A stretch of DNA of 44,807 nucleotides from Myxococcota bacterium (GTDB lineage: Bacteria; Myxococcota; XYA12-FULL-58-9; JABJBS01): contig JAYZAY010000060.1 of NCBI GenBank assembly GCA_036339465.1, forward strand, positions 1 through 44,807, written 5' to 3'. The translations under genes and the position numbers were made by a program. The notes beneath the pieces are model-generated. The model was not told where the DNA came from, did no database searches, and saw only the letters and a list, made by a program, of their open reading frames with translations. Of the stretch, positions 35,319 to 43,468 are shown piece by piece (position 1 is the first letter of the stretch; each line of letters starts with the position of its first letter).

Positions 35319-37799
35319 ATGGCCCGCATTAAAGCATCACCATCACACAGTCGGAAAGCGACAGAAACGCGGTTTATCGCCTACTTAGCTGAGCAGTACC
35401 CCCTCTTACTGGGCAGTCAGCGCGCTGCCTTGATGCGTTATTTCAAGGATCACTATCCCACCGCCTTGGGTGAATCATTGGTGGCCGAGGCCGCCAGTGA
35501 TTTCGTGGGCGTTTTAAAGGCCAAGGTAAAGTCCTTTCACATTGAAGAGGTGACCCCCTTCGTGTCGGGTACCATGCGGTTGAATGACGCTTTTGAAGGG
35601 GTTCGAATTGGGGTCTCGGGATATTGGCGCCGGGAACAACTTCTCCGGGAAATCGATAGCAACAGTCAGCGATGGTTTTACCGGGGTATGTGTCTGACGC
35701 GTTTGGTGGACAATCGTCTCAAGAAATCCTTTCTCAGTGGGGAACTTCGTTATGGGGATAAGGGGGTTCAAGGCAAGGGCTTTCGTTCGCTCGGTCAGGA
35801 GGCTATCTACGCGGGCGCCTGGAATTTGAAGCGTGGCACCAAACATCGGAAAGATGGGGTTTGGAAAGGGGACGTGGTGGGACCTCTTATTCGGGATCTT
35901 GGTCTCTTTTTGGCCTTCACCGACAACGATGTGGCCGGAGCGCTCAATGCGCAAATGGGTAAATCGGGTGCGCCCTTGGATGGGAAGGACCTGCACTTGG
36001 GTGCACCGGAGTTGGGCGTCTTACCGGCGGCGGCGCCCTTAGCAATTTCCACGGTGACGGTGACGGGTATGGCCATGGCGATGAAATTGCGGGAGGAAAA
36101 TCGCGTGGCTGTGAGTCTCATTGGGGAAGGGGGAAGCTCTTTGGGGGAGTGGCATGAGGCGGTGAATATGGCCGGGGTCCAACGCCTCCCCATGATTTTT
36201 TGTATCCAGAACAATCAAACCGCGCTTTCCACCGTGGTGGGTGCGCAATCAAGGGCCCGAATGTTCGCGGATAAGGCCATGGGGTATGGTCTTCAGCGGT
36301 TGACCATCGATGGTACCGATCCCGAAGCGGTGGCGGCGGGTTTTGCGTGGGCCGCGGAGGCGGCACGGCTGGGAGGGGGACCGGTTTTGATCGAACTGAT
36401 CGCCATGAGGATGTGCGGGCATGCCCATCACGATGATATGCTCTACCTGGGGGCAGAACCAGAGCTGGGTTTGGAATTGCCAGCGCCTAAGGCAGGGGGC
36501 TATGTTCAAGACGAGCTCTACGCGCGCTGGGCCAAGCGGGATCCTCTTTTGAACTACGGCCAGCGACTTGTGCGTGAGGGCGTGGTGGAGAGCCCCGAAG
36601 AGCTTCAGGCTTTTGAGGAGGAGCTGAGACTTTTGGTGGACAAGGCCGCTGATGAGGTGCTGGCTCGGGAATGGGCGCCCCCGCCAGTGGCTGGAATGCG
36701 AGTCTTTGTGGGGCAATCTGAAGGATTGGCCCATGGCACACCCGGCGTGCCCCAAAACCTCAAACCCGAGATGAAGAAACGTCCCGAGTTAACCCCGGGG
36801 CCTGAAATAGGCGGCGGGAAATCCACCTTCATTGAAGCGGTGGCCACGGGGATTGGTGAAGTCTTGCGACAACGACCCGATGCCTTTGTGTTTGGCGAAG
36901 ACGTGGGCCCCCCTTACGGAAATGCGTTTATGCTCCTTCGGCCCCTTCTTGAGGAATTCAGTGACCGTATTATCAATTCCCCCTTGGCCGAAAATGCGAT
37001 TATCGGCACCTGTGTGGGGGCGGGTATTGAGGGGATGCTGCCCATTGGAGAGATTCAATTCAACGATTTTGTGGCTTGTGGATTCAATCAATTGGTGAAT
37101 AATGCCGCCAAACTCTATTACCGCACAGGACTTAAGGCCCCCATGGTTATCCGGATGCCCTGGGGCGGTTTGCGCAAGGCGGGACCTTACCATTCTCAAG
37201 ATACAAGCCCTTGGTTTTATCGGACGCCAGGATTGAAGATTGTCTGCCCTTCGACTCCTTCCGATGCCAGGGCTTTATTTCACGCCGCGGCTCGTGATGG
37301 GGGCCCGGTTCTCTTTTTCGAACATATCGGCCTTTATCGTGATCCCTCCATAAAGCAGGATTTGCTCAATGAATTGCCCGAGGAGCAATGTGTGATCGGT
37401 CAAGGCGCCTTTCGAAGGCTGGGAAATCACATTTCGCTGATCACCTATGGTGCTTACGTGCATAAGGCATTGAAGGTGGCGCAAGATTTGGCACACGAGG
37501 GGATTGAATGTGATGTTTTCGATCTCCGTTCACTTTCGCCTATCGACTGGCAGGGTATTTCACAATCCCTTAATAAGACAAATCGCGTGGTCCTATTAGG
37601 AGAAGACTCAAAGACTGGGAGTATTTTGGAGTCTCTTGCTTCTCGTATTGCCGATGAATGTTTCGATTTGCTAGACGCGCCGGTTCGTGTGCTGGGTGCT
37701 CTTGATACCCCTGTACCATACTCCCCATCCTTGGAATCTTTTTTCCTTTTGAATGAAGACCACATCAAATCCCATATTCGTCAGGTTTTTCGCTACTGA
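35319..37799 (+). CDS. 2-oxoacid dehydrogenase E1, fused alpha+beta subunits with N-terminal extension
   Basis: ThDP motif GEGGSS...QNN; beta part FGEDVG, SPLAENAIIG, EIQFNDF, GPYHSQ, DLRSLSPID. SD GGAGG before ATG 35319. Confidence 0.92.
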   Translation: MARIKASPSHSRKATETRFIAYLAEQYPLLLGSQRAALMRYFKDHYPTALGESLVAEAASDFVGVLKAKVKSFHIEEVTPFVSGTMRLNDAFEGVRIGVSGYWRREQLLREIDSNSQRWFYRGMCLTRLVDNRLKKSFLSGELRYGDKGVQGKGFRSLGQEAIYAGAWNLKRGTKHRKDGVWKGDVVGPLIRDLGLFLAFTDNDVAGALNAQMGKSGAPLDGKDLHLGAPELGVLPAAAPLAISTVTVTGMAMAMKLREENRVAVSLIGEGGSSLGEWHEAVNMAGVQRLPMIFCIQNNQTALSTVVGAQSRARMFADKAMGYGLQRLTIDGTDPEAVAAGFAWAAEAARLGGGPVLIELIAMRMCGHAHHDDMLYLGAEPELGLELPAPKAGGYVQDELYARWAKRDPLLNYGQRLVREGVVESPEELQAFEEELRLLVDKAADEVLAREWAPPPVAGMRVFVGQSEGLAHGTPGVPQNLKPEMKKRPELTPGPEIGGGKSTFIEAVATGIGEVLRQRPDAFVFGEDVGPPYGNAFMLLRPLLEEFSDRIINSPLAENAIIGTCVGAGIEGMLPIGEIQFNDFVACGFNQLVNNAAKLYYRTGLKAPMVIRMPWGGLRKAGPYHSQDTSPWFYRTPGLKIVCPSTPSDARALFHAAARDGGPVLFFEHIGLYRDPSIKQDLLNELPEEQCVIGQGAFRRLGNHISLITYGAYVHKALKVAQDLAHEGIECDVFDLRSLSPIDWQGISQSLNKTNRVVLLGEDSKTGSILESLASRIADECFDLLDAPVRVLGALDTPVPYSPSLESFFLLNEDHIKSHIRQVFRY

Positions 37800-38015
37800 G
37801 TTGCAATGCGATTCGGTAGATGTACATTTTCGCAAAAAACACACGTCAAAATATTGATATTGTTTTTGAGGAGATATAGGGGCATCGTCCGTCTTGAGAG
37901 GTCCGTGGCGGTTTGCAGAGCCCCTCTCATGGAAAATGCATTTTTCTAAATCCACGGAAATTTTGACATCAAGCAGATTATCGGCGACTCACTGGGGTCG
38001 CTGGAGGGTGTAGAT

Positions 38016-38648
38016 ATGCCAAAATTTCTCAAAATGACAGTCGGTTTAAGTCTGGCTGCTGTTTTCGTTGGTTGTGGTGATGTGGGATCCATTGATGCTG
38101 CCGAAACTGATTTTGGTCTTACCATGGGGCTGACGGAGGGTTCCTCTGAGGCTGTGGGTATGTTGCATTTTTTGAACGCGTTTTCGACTGATTTCGAGGT
38201 TCTCGATGACGATGCAGAACTCGATCGTCGTGCGGCCAAGAACCTTATTCGGCACCGGAATGGTCGAGACAATCGGCATGGTAGTCGAGATGACAACCCA
38301 TTTGATAGTATCGCCGAAGTGGACGACGTTCGCTATGTGGGACGGACGGCCCTTAAGAAAATCTTGAAATATGCGCGAGACCACGAGTTCATTCCCAGTG
38401 AAGATGACTATTACGGGACCTTCGATATGGTTCCTTTTTCGGCTGAGGAAGCCGAAGCAACGTTAGAAGTGGTCAATGAGGTTTCCTGGGTGGTTCTTCG
38501 GCGCACTATCCGCTTACATCCATATGCAGTGGCAAGCATTGTGGGTGGGCGTCCGGTGGAGAGCTTAGAGGAAGTCGCTGATCTTTACTACGTCGGTAAG
38601 AGTGCCATTTCTAAACTCAAGGATTTCGCACGACCCGAAATGGATTAG
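38016..38648 (+). CDS. Lipoprotein with two helix-hairpin-helix-like repeats
   Basis: Lipobox FVGC; repeats FDSIAEVDDVRYVGRTALKKI and VESLEEVADLYYVGKSAISKL. Confidence 0.8.
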   Translation: MPKFLKMTVGLSLAAVFVGCGDVGSIDAAETDFGLTMGLTEGSSEAVGMLHFLNAFSTDFEVLDDDAELDRRAAKNLIRHRNGRDNRHGSRDDNPFDSIAEVDDVRYVGRTALKKILKYARDHEFIPSEDDYYGTFDMVPFSAEEAEATLEVVNEVSWVVLRRTIRLHPYAVASIVGGRPVESLEEVADLYYVGKSAISKLKDFARPEMD

Positions 38649-38865
38649 CTCTTTTGGTTTAGGGGTATTCTTCTAAGGTTTGCGTTGGCTTAAGGCATAA
38701 CACATTGAATCAATAATTTTTTCCCAGGGAAATCTTATATCTCCTTGAGAGTGCTTGGGTTCAAGATGAATGTTTCTCGCCTTGAAGCGGTGGCTGCTTG
38801 GTGGAGGCGTACCGCACAACCCTGACAAACCTTGACCATTTTTCTCGCTCCGGTACTTTGCCTCT

Positions 38866-40191
38866 ATGGAAAATGAGAATCAAGAGGTACAACTCAATAA
38901 GACCTTGGGGCCCGTGATGCTTTGGGGGCTCGGGGTCGGCTATGTTATATCCGGTGAGTATTTTGGTTGGAATTTAGGGCTCTCCGAAGGTGGCACCTAC
39001 GGCATGTTGTTGGCTACCTTGGTGGTCACTCTTATGTACACCTGCTTTGTGCTTTCTTATGCAGAACTTGCTTGTGCGATTCCTCGGGCGGGAGGGGCAT
39101 TTGTTTACGCCTCGAGAGCTTTCGGTCCCAAGGTGGGATTTCTGACGGGTTTGGCCCAGGTGATTGAGTTTGTGTTTGCGCCCCCGGCGATTGCCATGGC
39201 CATTGGTGCCTATTGTAATAATTCTTTTCCGGATATCGATGCCCATTGGGTGGCTGTGATTGTGTATGTGGTTTTCACGGCTCTTAATATTTATGGGGTT
39301 CGTTTGTCGGCTGCTTTTGAATTGGGAGTGACGATTTTGGCCGTGGGTGAGCTATTGCTCTTTGTGGGAATCACTCTGCCGGAGTTTAAAATCGAGCATT
39401 TTGCGCGGGACCCCTTGCCCGGTGGATGGATGGGGGCGTTTGCCTGTCTCCCTTTTGCCATCTGGTTTTATTTGGCCATTGAGGGGGTTGCCAATGTGGC
39501 CGAAGAGTCCAAGGATCCTGCGAAGGATATTCCGCGTGGTTTTCTTGGAGCCATTGCCACCCTTGTGGTGCTGGCCCTCTTGGTCTTTTTTGCGGCCACA
39601 GGGGTGGGTGGTTGGGAGAAGATTGTCTTTGATGCCGCAGGCAACGCTTCCGATAGCCCGCTGCCCATGGCCCTCGAGCTGGTTGTGGGTCGCGAACATA
39701 TTTTCTACCAGCTTTTAATTACCGTGGGCATCTTTGGATTGATTGCATCTTTCCACGGTATCATTCTCATTGCGGGTCGTGCGACCTTTGAAATGGGCAG
39801 GGTAGGGAATCTACCAGCGGCTTTGGGCAAGCTTCTTCCTGGCCGAAAGACGCCGGCGATGGCCTTGGTGCTCAATATGCTGGTCGGTTTTGTCGCTATT
39901 GCCCTGGGCCGAACTGGAGAGATGATTACACTTTCGGTTTTTGGGGCCCTAGGACTCTACATTATGGGGAGTGCGGCAGTTTTGAAGCTACGTGAATCCG
40001 AGCCCGAATTGGAGAGGCCTTACCGAGCTCCAGGTATGCCTTGGTTGCCTCGCATTGCCCTTGTGATTGCCCTGGGGTGTCTGGTTTCTATGGTCGTGTA
40101 TCATACCAAGATCGCGGTGATCTTCGGGGGCCTGATGCTTGGGGGGTGGGGGTATTATCGGTGGTCAGAGGGTGGGAGTGAAGGTGTTTAG
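38866..40191 (+). CDS. eat: Ethanolamine permease-type APC transporter
   Basis: LWGLGVGYVISGEYFGWNLG, IEFVFAPPAIAMAIG, PFAIWFYLAIEG, GLIASFHGII. Confidence 0.9.
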   Translation: MENENQEVQLNKTLGPVMLWGLGVGYVISGEYFGWNLGLSEGGTYGMLLATLVVTLMYTCFVLSYAELACAIPRAGGAFVYASRAFGPKVGFLTGLAQVIEFVFAPPAIAMAIGAYCNNSFPDIDAHWVAVIVYVVFTALNIYGVRLSAAFELGVTILAVGELLLFVGITLPEFKIEHFARDPLPGGWMGAFACLPFAIWFYLAIEGVANVAEESKDPAKDIPRGFLGAIATLVVLALLVFFAATGVGGWEKIVFDAAGNASDSPLPMALELVVGREHIFYQLLITVGIFGLIASFHGIILIAGRATFEMGRVGNLPAALGKLLPGRKTPAMALVLNMLVGFVAIALGRTGEMITLSVFGALGLYIMGSAAVLKLRESEPELERPYRAPGMPWLPRIALVIALGCLVSMVVYHTKIAVIFGGLMLGGWGYYRWSEGGSEGV

Positions 40192-40197
40192 AATGGG

Positions 40198-40647
40198 CTA
40201 TTCTGAAGAAGCTCCGAGCACTTGAAGCTTCCCTTTCTTGAAGCGTTGCTCTGGACCAGAGGACAAATAGACTTGGACGGCTTCGACTTTTTCATCGGAG
40301 ACGACTTTCGCGGCGTGGGGGGTGGTTTTGGGTATGAAGACCACTTCCTTTGGACCGACTTGAATGGTTTTGCCGTTCATCGACATTTCCATGGTTCCAC
40401 TCAAAACCATGACCATTTCATCACTTTCAGCGTGAATATGCTCAGCGATGGCTGCGCCTGGTAAGAGGGTGAGATAACTCATGGCTGCCTGGTCGACGCC
40501 CTGGTCACCATTGACGAAAAGTTGGGCCGAACCAATGTTTCCAAGGAGATAGGTGGGGGCTTCTTGGTTGGTAATGTGTAGGGGCTTGGGGATCGCGTGG
40601 CTGCAGGCTACGAAACCGAGAAACATAACGACGATCATTAAACGCAT
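40198..40647 (-). CDS. Cupin-domain lipoprotein
   Basis: Lipobox FVAC; cupin motifs EHIHAESDEMVMVLSG and FIPKTTPH; SD GGAG before ATG 40647. Confidence 0.85.
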   Translation of the reverse strand: MRLMIVVMFLGFVACSHAIPKPLHITNQEAPTYLLGNIGSAQLFVNGDQGVDQAAMSYLTLLPGAAIAEHIHAESDEMVMVLSGTMEMSMNGKTIQVGPKEVVFIPKTTPHAAKVVSDEKVEAVQVYLSSGPEQRFKKGKLQVLGASSE

Positions 40648-40791
40648 CACCAATCTCCATTTTGACGGGTTGGTACTCCTTAAGAGATCTTTGAAGCCTA
40701 AGCAATGTGCAGAGAATGCTTCCACAGCTTGAAAAGTACAGGTGCATTTGTTTGGTTCCCCTAAACTTTTCTGCAAATAGGGAGAGACGCA

Positions 40792-42201
40792 ATGATACGC
40801 ACGTTGGTGCTTTGGTTTGGGGTGTGTGGATACATGCCAGGTTGCATCACTGCCGGGGGCCACACGTCCAAAGTTTTGGTTAAAGGCGTTGCGAAACCTT
40901 CGGAAAATAAAGAAATTGATTGGGCTAAGGCCCAAGGCCCCCAACGCCTGATTCGAGGCGCGACCATCCTTACTGCGGCCGGTGCCGTTTATGCCCCCGG
41001 CTATCTCTGGATTCAAGGTTCTAAGATCCGCGAGGTAGGGGTTGGGGATGGGCCCGAAATCCCCGGGAGCATGATTGTTGAACGCAATGGTCAATTTATC
41101 ACCCCGGGAATTATCGATACCCATTCCCATATGGGCGTTTATGCAAGTCCTTCGGTTCGGGCCCATTCCGATGGAAACGAATCTACCGGGCCCATCACTG
41201 CGGAAGTGTCGGCTGAACACGGTATCTGGCCTTTGGACCCAAATATGCCAAGGGCTGTGGCAGGGGGGGTGACCACGGTTCAGATTCTGCCGGGCTCGGC
41301 CAATCTCATTGGCGGGCGATCGGCGGTGATCAAGTTGCGCCCTGCCAACAGCGCGCGGGCGATGCTTTTCTCCGGTGCGCCATCGGGTCTCAAAATAGCG
41401 TGTGGGGAAAATCCCAAAGGGGTGTACGGGACCCGGGGAGGGCCGCGGACGCGTATGGGTAACATCGCTGGTTTTCGTGAGGCGTTTCAAAATGCAGCCG
41501 AGTACAAGCAACGTTGGGATAAACATCTTAAGGAACTGGGTGTTTGGAAAGAGAAGAAGGGTAAAGAGGACGACAAACCCGACCCACCTTCGCGGGATTT
41601 CGGAATGGAAACCTTGATGGGAGTTTTGAATGGAGAAATCCTCGTCCACTACCATTGTTACCGTGCTGATGAAATGAATATTATGCTGGATCTTGCTAAG
41701 GAGTATGGGTTTAAAATCCGCTCTTTCCACCATGCCCTTGAGGCTTACAAACTGGCTGACCGCTTGGCCAAAGAGGGGGTCTCCGTTTCGACTTGGGCAG
41801 ACTGGTGGGGGTTTAAGATGGAGGCCTATGATGGTATTCGACACAACGTGGCCATTGTTCATAAGGCCGGCGCGAGGGCAATTATTCACTCTGATTCTGA
41901 AACGGATATTCGGCACCTAAATCACGAAGCGGTTAAGGCTCGGGTGGCGGGTGCAGAACTTGGCCTAACATTCACCGATGATGATGTTTTGAAATGGTTT
42001 ACCTTAAACCCAGCGTGGGCTTTGGGAATCGACCACCGGGTGGGGTCTTTAGAAGCGGGTAAGGATGCTGACTTTGTCATTTGGGACGGCCATCCCCTGA
42101 CTTCGTACGCCAAAGCTTCCGAGGTCTTCATTGACGGTCATCGCACTTATTCCCAAGAGGTAGGTCTTGCTATATCCGATTTTGAATTGGGGCAAAGGTA
42201 A
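40792..42201 (+). CDS. Amidohydrolase family protein (metal-binding, probably exported)
   Basis: PGIIDTHSH, GGVTT, LKIACGENPK, HCYRADE, HHALE, HSD, GSLEAGKDADFVIW. Confidence 0.93.
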   Translation: MIRTLVLWFGVCGYMPGCITAGGHTSKVLVKGVAKPSENKEIDWAKAQGPQRLIRGATILTAAGAVYAPGYLWIQGSKIREVGVGDGPEIPGSMIVERNGQFITPGIIDTHSHMGVYASPSVRAHSDGNESTGPITAEVSAEHGIWPLDPNMPRAVAGGVTTVQILPGSANLIGGRSAVIKLRPANSARAMLFSGAPSGLKIACGENPKGVYGTRGGPRTRMGNIAGFREAFQNAAEYKQRWDKHLKELGVWKEKKGKEDDKPDPPSRDFGMETLMGVLNGEILVHYHCYRADEMNIMLDLAKEYGFKIRSFHHALEAYKLADRLAKEGVSVSTWADWWGFKMEAYDGIRHNVAIVHKAGARAIIHSDSETDIRHLNHEAVKARVAGAELGLTFTDDDVLKWFTLNPAWALGIDHRVGSLEAGKDADFVIWDGHPLTSYAKASEVFIDGHRTYSQEVGLAISDFELGQR

Positions 42202-42206
42202 CGAAT

Positions 42207-43460
42207 ATGATGGTATCCAATATTGTAATGTTGTCTGTGCTCTTGAGTAACGCTTGGGCTATAGAAAACGTGTCTATTTGGGATGGCGCCGGTCAGGCAT
42301 TTGATAAAAGTCATGTTTTGGTAGAGGGGGGAAAGATACGGAGTGTGGGTGGACCTATTCCGGAGGGAACGACGCGAATCGATGGTAAGGGAGGGATCTT
42401 AACGCCGGGGTTTATTGAAGCCTTTAGCCAATTGGGGCTTACGGAAGTTGGGGCTGTTAAAAATACCAATGATTATGTCTGGCGTGACCGCGAATTTACC
42501 CCGGCATTGGATGTTTTAAAGGCTTTCAATCCAAAGTCCATACGCATCCCCACCGAGCGACGTCAGGGGGTCACGCGGGTGATGTTGGCACCACGGTCTG
42601 GGGTGCTCAGTGGTACCGGTGCCATGGTTTGTTTGAATGGAAATCTCAGAGATCTCCCATTGGATAAGGCGAGGACAGCGCTCTTTGGTCGAGTCAACGG
42701 ACGTTCGGCAAATGGCGTTGGGGGAAGCCGGGCGATTTTATGGCTGGAATTGGAGGAGATCTTTTCCGATGCCAAACTTTTGAAGGCGAAGGGACGGCTT
42801 CATGAGGGGCGAAATCTAAGGGACTTGAGCCTGCGCGCCGACCAGTTGGAGGCTCTTTTTCCTTTACTGGAACGGCGGGTCCCCTTGGTTTTAGAGGTTA
42901 ACCGGGCGGTGGATATTCTCCGAGCTTTGGACTTTTCTCAAAAGTGGAATTTGAAAATGGTGATTAAGGGTGGGGCTGAAAGCTGGTTGGTGGCGACTGA
43001 ATTGGCGGAAATGAAAGTGCCGGTGATTGTCCGGCCCGGCCAACAAGGCCCATGGGATTTCGACTCTATCTCTTCACGGGATGACCTACCAAAATTATTA
43101 CAAGACGCAGGTGTGCCTTTGATTATCTCTGCCTTTGGATATTTTCAAAATGCAGGTCGTTTACGTCAGGAAGCCGCGTTTGGTATTCGCGCAGGGTTGA
43201 CGAAAGCAGAAGCTTTGACCGCCATCTCCTGGCGCCCGGCCCAATTATTCAGTGGTGAGGCTTATGTCGGTAGGATTGCGAAGGGGGCAGACGCCGACCT
43301 GGTTTTATGGAATGGTGACCCATTTGAGCTCAATCATTCCGTAGAGCGCATGTGGATCCGGGGAGAAAAGCAGAGCCTAGAGGATAGGGCGTTGCTTTTG
43401 GCGAAACGTTACTACGGCAAGTTGAAAGTCTTTCATGAATTGCCCATGGCCTTGGAGTAG
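42207..43460 (+). CDS. Amidohydrolase family protein, partner lacking metal ligands
   Basis: TPGFIEAFSQLG in place of DxHxH, GVT, GRIAKGADADLVLWNGDPF. Confidence 0.88.
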   Translation: MMVSNIVMLSVLLSNAWAIENVSIWDGAGQAFDKSHVLVEGGKIRSVGGPIPEGTTRIDGKGGILTPGFIEAFSQLGLTEVGAVKNTNDYVWRDREFTPALDVLKAFNPKSIRIPTERRQGVTRVMLAPRSGVLSGTGAMVCLNGNLRDLPLDKARTALFGRVNGRSANGVGGSRAILWLELEEIFSDAKLLKAKGRLHEGRNLRDLSLRADQLEALFPLLERRVPLVLEVNRAVDILRALDFSQKWNLKMVIKGGAESWLVATELAEMKVPVIVRPGQQGPWDFDSISSRDDLPKLLQDAGVPLIISAFGYFQNAGRLRQEAAFGIRAGLTKAEALTAISWRPAQLFSGEAYVGRIAKGADADLVLWNGDPFELNHSVERMWIRGEKQSLEDRALLLAKRYYGKLKVFHELPMALE

Positions 43461-43468
43461 AAGGTGCT

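Noticed and set aside
40648..41916. 572-aa - strand ORF 40198..41916
   Set aside because: Upstream portion is antisense to a motif-complete amidohydrolase. Only the C-terminal cupin, with its own SD and lipoprotein signal, is credible.
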